From Vicinamibacteria bacterium (GTDB lineage: Bacteria; Acidobacteriota; Vicinamibacteria; Marinacidobacterales; Marinacidobacteraceae), in NCBI GenBank assembly GCA_963555995.3, contig OY821641.1, positions 3,456,001 through 3,520,000 on the forward strand: DNA of 64,000 bases, written 5' to 3'. The first letter of the stretch is position 1, and each line of letters starts with the position of its first letter. A model generated the notes under the pieces. The model worked only from the letters and a program-made list of their open reading frames with translations, had not been told where the DNA came from and did not search any database. Made by a program: the position numbers and the translations under genes. Below are positions 57,591-64,000 of the stretch, piece after piece.

Positions 57591-57665
57591 CCGACCCTCC
57601 CGAAGCCTTCCCCGGCCGGCAGGCGCCGGCACATCCTCAAAATCCGAAATTCAAAGCGAGTATCC

Positions 57666-58757
57666 ATGTCGCCAACCTCTTCGCAAGCCACCTACCGGAA
57701 GATCACCTTCGACAAGGACGTCGGCTTCTACGCGACGCTGAAGAAGCGCGTGGATGAGCGTTTTCCGGGCATCCGGACCCGGGGGACGGGCGGCTGGCGC
57801 ATGCTGCCCAAGACCGCGATCATCCTGACCGGGTTCGTCGGTTCCTACGTCTTCCTGGTCTTCTTCTCCCCGCACGTCCTCACCACCATCGTCGCCGCGT
57901 TCGCCCTGTCGCAGGCGCTCGCGCTCATCGGGTTCAACCTGGTGCACGAGGGCGCCCACGGCAGCTACAGCAGCAACCGGACGATCAACTGGCTGGCCGG
58001 CTCCACCGCGGGCTTCATCGGGGCCAGCCAGATGATCTGGCAGCACAAGCACAACGTCCTCCATCACACCTACACGAACGTCGAGGAGATGGACACGGAC
58101 ATCCAGACGGGCGGCATGCTGCGCTGGAGCCACCTGCAGGAATGGCGGCCCTGGCACCGGTTCCAGCACCTCTACGCGTTCCCGATGTACGGCCTGCTGA
58201 CCCTCAACGTGATCTACAGCGACATCCACCGGATCATCTCCGGGCGCATCGGCAACTACAGCCTGCCGAAGCCCAGCCCGTCGCAGCACGCCAACTTCTG
58301 GCTGACCAAGCTCTTCTACCTCGGCATCGCCCTGGTGCTGCCGCTCTTCTTCAACACCTGGTGGCACGTGCTGCTCGCGCTGGTGCTCATCAACCTGGTC
58401 GCCAGCGTGACCCTGTCGCTGGTGTTCTCGCTGGCCCACACCGTGGAGGTCACCGCCTTTCCGTCACCCGATCCACAGTCGGGCGCGATGGAGAAGGAGT
58501 GGGCCGTCCACGAGGTGGAGACGACCGCGAACTTCGCGCCCCGGAGCAAGCTGGCGGCCTGGTACCTGGGAGGCCTGAACTTCCAGATCGAGCACCACCT
58601 GTTCCCGAACGTCTGCCATCTCCACTACCCGCGCCTCCGGAAGATCGTCGAGGAGACGTGCCGCGACTTCTCGGTCCGCTACCACTCCTACCCGTCGTTC
58701 CTCGCCGCGCTGCAGTCCCACTACCGCCACCTCAAGACCCTCGGCAACCCGGCGTAA
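57666..58757 (+). CDS. Membrane fatty-acid (acyl-CoA) desaturase
   Basis: His boxes HEGAH, HNVLHH, QIEHH. Confidence 0.93.
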   Translation: MSPTSSQATYRKITFDKDVGFYATLKKRVDERFPGIRTRGTGGWRMLPKTAIILTGFVGSYVFLVFFSPHVLTTIVAAFALSQALALIGFNLVHEGAHGSYSSNRTINWLAGSTAGFIGASQMIWQHKHNVLHHTYTNVEEMDTDIQTGGMLRWSHLQEWRPWHRFQHLYAFPMYGLLTLNVIYSDIHRIISGRIGNYSLPKPSPSQHANFWLTKLFYLGIALVLPLFFNTWWHVLLALVLINLVASVTLSLVFSLAHTVEVTAFPSPDPQSGAMEKEWAVHEVETTANFAPRSKLAAWYLGGLNFQIEHHLFPNVCHLHYPRLRKIVEETCRDFSVRYHSYPSFLAALQSHYRHLKTLGNPA

Positions 58758-58758
58758 C

Positions 58759-58887
58759 GGCCGGGAGCGCCGGCTTCAGCCGGCACAGCCCGCCGGAGGC
58801 GGGCGGCGGGACGGACCTCATGCGCCGGGAGGGCAGCGCCGGCTTGGAACGCCGGCTTCAGCCGGCACCGCTGCGCGGAGCGCAGCG
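58759..58887 (+). repeat. Two direct REP half-elements (type A left end, then type B left end)
   Basis: GCCGGCTTCAGCCGGC twice; the first is followed by the type A interior, the second by CGCTGCGCGGAGCGCAGCG. Confidence 0.85.
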
Positions 58888-58931
58888 AAGGTGCGCGGCG
58901 TCCAACAGCTCGGATGTGCCGAGCGGCCCAT

Positions 58932-60041
58932 CTATTGGCGACGGACGCCGAGATACAGCGTGTTCGGCGCGTCGGACCGGCCGGCGACGATGTCGGGAAC
59001 CCCGTCGCCGTTGACGTCGCCGATCGCGAGCCCGTACATGGCGCCCTCGGCGTCGCCGAAGGCGGTCCGGGTGAAGGCTGCGGACCCGTCGTTCGCGAGG
59101 ACCGCGCCGGGCGCCCCCCGGTTGCCGATCACCACGTCCCCGTCCCCGTCCCCGTCGAGGTCGGCCACCGCCAGCGAGTAGGCGTTGTCGCCCGGTTCCC
59201 CGATCTGCCGGCGCGACTCGAACGACGCCCCGTCACGGCCCGGGTAGAGCCACACCCCTCCCGCGAGCTGGTCGCCCAGCACGATGTCGACCGTCCCGTC
59301 GCCGTTCAGGTCGCCGAACGCCACCGCCCGGGTCGCGGACTCGGGTGGACCCACCGGGTGGGCCTCCGCGAATCCGCCGCCGCCGTCGTTCACGTAGAGA
59401 ACGCTCTGGCCGCCGTCCCGGTGCGGCACGAACAGGTCCGTGAATCCGTCCCCCGTGAGGTCGGCGGCCCCGATGGTCGTGGCCGAGTTCCGCGACAGCA
59501 CCCGGCACTCGGGGAACGCTCCGGCCCCGTCGTTGACGCAGACGTAGTTGGCGCTGCGGTTCTCCGGCCCACCCCGGTTCGCGACGACGATCTCGGGCCG
59601 CCCGTCCCCGGTCAGGTCGGCCACCGTGACGTTCCGGGTCGGCCAGGACGCGTCGCCGAAGGTGCGCGCCAGGGCGAAGGCCCCGGTCCCGTCGTTGCAA
59701 TAGATCCGCTTGTCGTCGGGCCGGTCGTTTCCGACCACCAGGTCGAGGTCCCCGTCCCCGTCCAGATCGGCGAGCGCCGCCGTGTAGGTGTTGTCCGCCG
59801 AGCCGGGAAGTTCGTGCCGTTCGTCGAAACCGCCCGCGCCGTCGTTCAGCAGCACCCAGTCCTTCAGCGGCCAGTGGCGGCCCTTGGCGAGCACGATGTC
59901 CAGGTCGCCGTCCCCGTCGAGGTCCCCGAGGCTCGCGTTCGCACTGGTCTCCGCGGTGTCTTCCAGCCGGATGGCCCGCATTTCCTGGGCATCGAGCCCC
60001 GTCGCCACGAGGAGCAGCCCGCCAAGCAGAGCGCGGATCAC
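58932..60041 (-). CDS. Secreted FG-GAP/VCBS repeat beta-propeller protein
   Basis: GTG start overlaps the upstream stop; seven DxxGDGxxD-type repeats. Confidence 0.88.
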   Translation of the reverse strand: MIRALLGGLLLVATGLDAQEMRAIRLEDTAETSANASLGDLDGDGDLDIVLAKGRHWPLKDWVLLNDGAGGFDERHELPGSADNTYTAALADLDGDGDLDLVVGNDRPDDKRIYCNDGTGAFALARTFGDASWPTRNVTVADLTGDGRPEIVVANRGGPENRSANYVCVNDGAGAFPECRVLSRNSATTIGAADLTGDGFTDLFVPHRDGGQSVLYVNDGGGGFAEAHPVGPPESATRAVAFGDLNGDGTVDIVLGDQLAGGVWLYPGRDGASFESRRQIGEPGDNAYSLAVADLDGDGDGDVVIGNRGAPGAVLANDGSAAFTRTAFGDAEGAMYGLAIGDVNGDGVPDIVAGRSDAPNTLYLGVRRQ

Positions 60042-61192
60042 GGCAGCGGTTCGGGACGGAACCTCTCGGCGGCGGGAACCGCGGTGATCCGTTCTCCGAT
60101 CTCGTAACGAAGCTCGCCGGGATAGACGACGTAGAGCGCGTCGAGCGCGAGGTCCCGCAGGGCCGCGCTCATCGATGGCGTGCGGCGGGGCGCGTCCACC
60201 CGCTTGATCTCCACGCCGATCCTCCGGCCGCGCGCGAAGAGCAGCAGGTCCAGTTCCGCGCCCGCGTGGGTCCCCCAGAAGTACGCCTGGTCCGGGCTCG
60301 CTTCGGCGAGCGTCTTCTCCAGGACGAACCCCTCCCAGGACGCGCCGAGCCGCGGGTCCGTGAGCAGCTCGCCCATCGTCCCCGCCCCGATCAATTGGTG
60401 GAACACCCCGGAGTCCCGGAAGTAGAACTTGGGGCGCTTGACCTGCCGTTTCTTGAGGTTCTCGTGCCACGGGCGAAGCTGGCGGATCAGGAAGAGGTGC
60501 TCCAGCAGGTCCAGGTAGCGGCGCACGGTGGATTGCCCGATCTCCAGCGTCGCCGCCAGCGCCCGGAGGTTCGCGACCTGGCCGTGGTAGTGGGCCAGCA
60601 GCAGCAGGAAGCGGCCCAGCGTCGGGGCGCCCAGCTCCGCCCCGAACCGGGGGAGGTCGCGCTCGACGAAGGTCTGGAGGTACGACTTCCTCCAGATCAG
60701 GCTGTCCTCGTCGGTCTCCGCGAGCAGCGACCGGGGGAACCCGCCCCGGAGCCAGAGGTCCGGCATCCGCGCGGCCCCGAGTTCCCCGACCTGGAAGCCG
60801 CTCAGTTCCAGGTACTCGATCCGCCCGGCCAGCGATTCCGCGCTCTGGCGGAGCAGGTCGGGACCGGCGCTGCCCAGCACCAGGAACCGGGCCGGGTTTT
60901 CGTCGCGGTCGGCGAGCACCCGCAGCACGGGGAACAGGTCGGGCCGGCGCTGCACCTCGTCAATGACCACCAGGCCGGACAGCGGCCCGAGGGCGGTCAT
61001 CGGTTCGTCGAGCCGGGCCAGACTGAGGGGATCCTCGAGGTCGAAGTAGTTCGGCGAGCCGGCGGCGACGAACTGCCGGGCGAGCGTCGTCTTGCCGCAC
61101 TGCCGGGCTCCGATGAGTGCTACGACGGGGCTCCGCCGCAAGGCCCGTTCAACGAGAACGGATGCGGCGCGAGGGATCGGTTGGGAGTTCAG
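60038..61192 (-). CDS. AAA_14/DUF4143-type ATPase (start uncertain: CTG 61192 or TTG 61141)
   Basis: GARQCGKT, IDEVQ, ESLAGRI, RGGFP, ELDLL...VEIK. Confidence 0.9.
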   Translation of the reverse strand: MNSQPIPRAASVLVERALRRSPVVALIGARQCGKTTLARQFVAAGSPNYFDLEDPLSLARLDEPMTALGPLSGLVVIDEVQRRPDLFPVLRVLADRDENPARFLVLGSAGPDLLRQSAESLAGRIEYLELSGFQVGELGAARMPDLWLRGGFPRSLLAETDEDSLIWRKSYLQTFVERDLPRFGAELGAPTLGRFLLLLAHYHGQVANLRALAATLEIGQSTVRRYLDLLEHLFLIRQLRPWHENLKKRQVKRPKFYFRDSGVFHQLIGAGTMGELLTDPRLGASWEGFVLEKTLAEASPDQAYFWGTHAGAELDLLLFARGRRIGVEIKRVDAPRRTPSMSAALRDLALDALYVVYPGELRYEIGERITAVPAAERFRPEPLP

Positions 61193-61232
61193 ACCTTGAA
61201 ATTACACGGGTGACCGTCATTTTTTCAAGGTC
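61192..61232. promoter_or_regulatory. Inverted repeat, putative operator or terminator
   Basis: GACCTTGAAA-N21-TTTCAAGGTC immediately 5' of the ATPase gene. Confidence 0.55.
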
Positions 61233-61243
61233 AATTCATTCCT

Positions 61244-61927
61244 TTACTCATCACGGCGGTTGGGACCGATGGCGATCTCGGTGATGTGCAGGCTGAGTCC
61301 GGCTCCGGCGCGGAGCCCGATCGCGCCGTCGAGCGGCAGCCGCTCCGCCGGCAGCTCCGCGACCTGGATGTCATTGACGTAGAACCCGGCCCGGTCGCCG
61401 CGGACGTCCACGCCGAGGACGTTCTTCAGCGGTCCGGTGGCGTCGGCGGCCAGGGTTTCGACCGCCTCATGCCCCGTCCAGGGCACGAGGTCGTTCTCCT
61501 TTCCGGCGGAGTGCTCGGTGACGCGGAAATGCCCGTCGTTCCGGATCTCGAACGTCAGGTAGCTGGGTGACTCACTCTCAACGTCACCTCCGGCGAGAAA
61601 GAGGCCGAAAGAGCTGTCGAGGCGGGTGGAGCCGGACTGCTCCGGGTCGCCTTCCGGGAAGAGGAAGATCGTGCTGCTCACCGAGTACGCGCCCGAGGCA
61701 TAGCTCCCGGGATCCCAGAAGAGTCCGCCGGGGCCGGCGAAGACGTGCCAGCCGGGACGCATCACCACGAAACGGCGGTCCGGCGCGTCGGTCCCGTCGT
61801 CGTAGCGCGCCTTCCAGTGGCCGGGGCGCTCGAGGTTCAGTCCCGATTGAGCCGGGGCAAGGGTCGCCAGGACCAGGAACAGTGCGGCGAGCACCACGGG
61901 TCGCCGTGCGGGGTGGGCAATTCGCAT
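61244..61927 (-). CDS. Hypothetical secreted beta-sandwich protein
   Basis: Signal-peptide-like N-terminus, GAGGAG RBS, beta-rich (FYVND, GAIGLR). Confidence 0.7.
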   Translation of the reverse strand: MRIAHPARRPVVLAALFLVLATLAPAQSGLNLERPGHWKARYDDGTDAPDRRFVVMRPGWHVFAGPGGLFWDPGSYASGAYSVSSTIFLFPEGDPEQSGSTRLDSSFGLFLAGGDVESESPSYLTFEIRNDGHFRVTEHSAGKENDLVPWTGHEAVETLAADATGPLKNVLGVDVRGDRAGFYVNDIQVAELPAERLPLDGAIGLRAGAGLSLHITEIAIGPNRRDE

Positions 61928-61974
61928 GCGGGATCTCCTCAGGCAGGTCGGCCAACAGCCATGATGGCGCCGCC

Positions 61975-62141
61975 GGCTTGGAGCGCCGGCTTCAGCCGGC
62001 ACAGCCCGCCGAAGGCGGGCGGCGAGACCGACCTGATTCGCCGGGATGGCTTGGCTGCGCGCGCCACATCCACCCGGGGTAGCGACGAGCCTCCCGCGGC
62101 CCTGCGGGCCGCTGTGCCGGCTGAAGCCGGCGTTCCAAGCC
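61975..62141. repeat. REPIN-like element, type A
   Basis: Same ends and interior as the copies at 1291 and 44114. Confidence 0.9.
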
Positions 62142-62161
62142 GTGTCCGCCATTAGGGGTTG

Positions 62162-62965
62162 TCAGGGGAATCGGTCCTTCATCCACGCCTGCCACGCCGC
62201 CTCGGTGCGGGCCGCTGCCGCTGGCGCTTCGTCGCCGTAGAGGTAGATGCTGAGCGCCACCGTCGCCCGCTCGGCGATCTTGTAGGCGCACGCCGCCGCG
62301 AGTCCGGGCGCCGGCTCGCGGGTGCGGAAAAAGGCAGTCGGCTGGCGGGAGGTCGCGTGGACCTCTTCGAGGCTGCCGGCGAGGCTCGCCGCGCCGGGAG
62401 CCGAGAGCGTCCAGGAGTCGCCCGGCTTGAGCCCGTGCGCGTCAAGCGCGGCCAGCAGTGCCGTCCACGCTTCGTCCACCGAGCCGTCGAACGCTCCGTA
62501 CGCTCGCGGGATCGAGGCCCGCCGATCCCGGAAATGCGTGAGGTAGAGCCGCAGGATGACGAGCGCCTGCGGCCAGCCGGCCTCGAAGTTCTCGAGCTGG
62601 TCGTCCCAGTCGTCGGTGCTCGCGAAGAGGCTGTGCACCACGCGGACGAGGCAGCGACCGCCGGCCCGCGGCTTGATGGTCCACTCGGTGGCCGTCGCCG
62701 GGCCGTCCGGCCCGCAGTCCTTCCCCTCGTGGCGGAAACGCCGGGGCGGGTCCCAGACGGTCACCTTCGCCGGGATGTGGTCCATCTCGGAACCGGTGTG
62801 GTAGCGGAGGGCGCCGCCGACGCGCTCCTCGACGTCGGTCGGGTAGAACCACGAACCGATGCCGGGTCCGGTGGCGATGGCTTCCCAGACTTCCTCGGCC
62901 GTGCCTGGGACTTTGGCCTCGGCCTGGATGGAACGGCGGCCGTCGGGATGGTGTCGGATGGCCAT
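62162..62965 (-). CDS. SRPBCC/AHSA1-like domain protein
   Basis: EEVWEAIATGPGIGSWF, WDPPRRF, VRVVHS, GW; AAAGGA RBS. Confidence 0.85.
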   Translation of the reverse strand: MAIRHHPDGRRSIQAEAKVPGTAEEVWEAIATGPGIGSWFYPTDVEERVGGALRYHTGSEMDHIPAKVTVWDPPRRFRHEGKDCGPDGPATATEWTIKPRAGGRCLVRVVHSLFASTDDWDDQLENFEAGWPQALVILRLYLTHFRDRRASIPRAYGAFDGSVDEAWTALLAALDAHGLKPGDSWTLSAPGAASLAGSLEEVHATSRQPTAFFRTREPAPGLAAACAYKIAERATVALSIYLYGDEAPAAAARTEAAWQAWMKDRFP

Positions 62966-63002
62966 GGGGTTTCCTTTCGGTGAGTTCGCGCGGCTGCGGA
63001 CC

Positions 63003-63068
63003 TTAACAGCCGGTGGCAAAACCCACGCGGCGTTCGACGGGCGATGCATCCCGCCTGAACCGCGCCTC
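63003..63068 (+). mobile_element. Truncated remnant of the origin-region MITE family
   Basis: TTAA, then a 23/29 match to the MITE left end, then 27 bp identical to 16679-16705. Confidence 0.7.
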
Positions 63069-63657
63069 CTGGATCACCGGCGAGGAGCGTCCCCAGCGCG
63101 CGTCCCGGTCGGCGCCCGGGGATTCCCAGGAGCCGCCGCCGCCGGACGACTACGAGGGCATGGACGCCCTCGTGCTGGCCGCCCTCGCGGAAGAGCCCGC
63201 CTGGAACCTCGCGACCTTCCGGTTCGCGCCCCGCCCCGAGGCGCCGATTGCCGTGACGCTCGACCGGAGCCCGTGGGGGACCCGGGTGGACCAGCGGACC
63301 ACCCTGGTGATGGACCGCGCCACGGCAACGGTGCTGCGGGAGGACGCTCCCGGCCCGGCCTCGCGGGCGCGCACCTGGGTCCGCTGGTTGCACACCGGCG
63401 AGGCCTTCGGGTTCATCGGACAGACGATCGCCGGAATCGCCTCCCTGGCGGGGTGTTTCCTGGTCTATACGGGCTGGTCGCTGAGCTGGCGGCGTTTCCT
63501 CGCCTGGCGGCGGCGCCGGCGGATGGCTCCCCGGCCCGGTCTGGTTCCGGAACCCCCACCCCGGCCGCGCCCCCCGCCGGTCGGAGGAGCGCCGCCGCTT
63601 CCGCGCCCGGCGCCGGTTCTCCGCGTCTCGGTCGAGAGCCCGTCCCCCGATCGCTGA
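63069..63657 (+). pseudogene. C-terminal fragment of a PepSY-associated TM protein
   Basis: WVRWLHTGEAFG..GQTIAG...LVYTG-SLSWRRF; the N-terminal TM part is absent and replaced by MITE-derived sequence. Confidence 0.65.
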
Positions 63658-63719
63658 TCCGGCCGCCTTCACCCGGCGTCCCGGCCGCTGACACTCCGGT
63701 GACAGTCGCCGGGGGTCCG

Positions 63720-64000
63720 ATGGCTACGCTCCCCCCCGTGCTCGAGGAACTCGGGGTCGTCGGCGTGTCCTGGCGGCAGGAAGGAAGCGAAGCCCTGGCG
63801 GGGTACGCCCTTCCGGACGCGGGCCGGGGCGAGCGGCTGAAGCGCTTCGCCGAACGGGCGGAACTCGACGAGCTGGCGTACCTCGATACCTGCAACCGGG
63901 TCGAACTCGTTTTCTCGCAGCGCGGCGCGGGCGCCCGCGATCTGCGGGGGCTGGCGTTCGAACTCCTGACCGGCCGCCCGCCCCGCCCCGGCGAGGCGCA
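63720..64000 (+). CDS. hemA: Glutamyl-tRNA reductase, 3'-truncated by window edge
   Basis: Hand translation: GVVGVSWR...YLDTCNRVEL (TCNRxE catalytic motif). Confidence 0.75.
   Translation, partial: MATLPPVLEELGVVGVSWRQEGSEALAGYALPDAGRGERLKRFAERAELDELAYLDTCNRVELVFSQRGAGARDLRGLAFELLTGRPPRPGEA

Noticed and set aside
61927-62152. REP-encoded N-terminal extensions (also the ORF starting at 34456)
   Set aside because: GC-rich REPs lack stops by chance; the downstream ATG at 61927 has an RBS and a signal peptide

Overview
High-GC bacterial chromosome segment spanning the replication origin; gene content and order suggest an Acidobacteriota-like lineage (inference). The left half is core genome. 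On the minus strand lie rpmH-rnpA-yidD-yidC-rsmG-parS-parA-parB-bactofilin and atpF'-F-H-A-G-D-C; on the plus strand lie dnaA-oriC-dnaN-gyrB-gyrA-lipoprotein-pyrE. These are followed by uvrD, a degenerate glmU/glmS-like pair, rsmI, an orphan DNA methyltransferase coupled to sugar-nucleotide enzymes, tRNA-Glu(CTC) and tRNA-Arg(ACG). The right half is accessory: hydrolases, vapBC, a sirtuin, a TonB receptor, an M1 peptidase and a defence-like island (EcoRV-like R-M, AAA ATPase, orphan antitoxin, large Fic protein). Notable non-coding structures are: (i) a ~270-bp MITE-like element with CTAG flanks inside the dnaA-dnaN origin region, whose inverted ends contain DnaA-box-like 9-mers, plus a broken relative at ~63.0 kb joined to a truncated PepSY-TM gene; (ii) a 32-bp-period repeat array just after the Fic gene; (iii) a REP/REPIN-like hairpin family at 10 loci with covarying stems. 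Family assignments come from motif recognition by eye, with no database searches, and several start codons were adjusted by hand.
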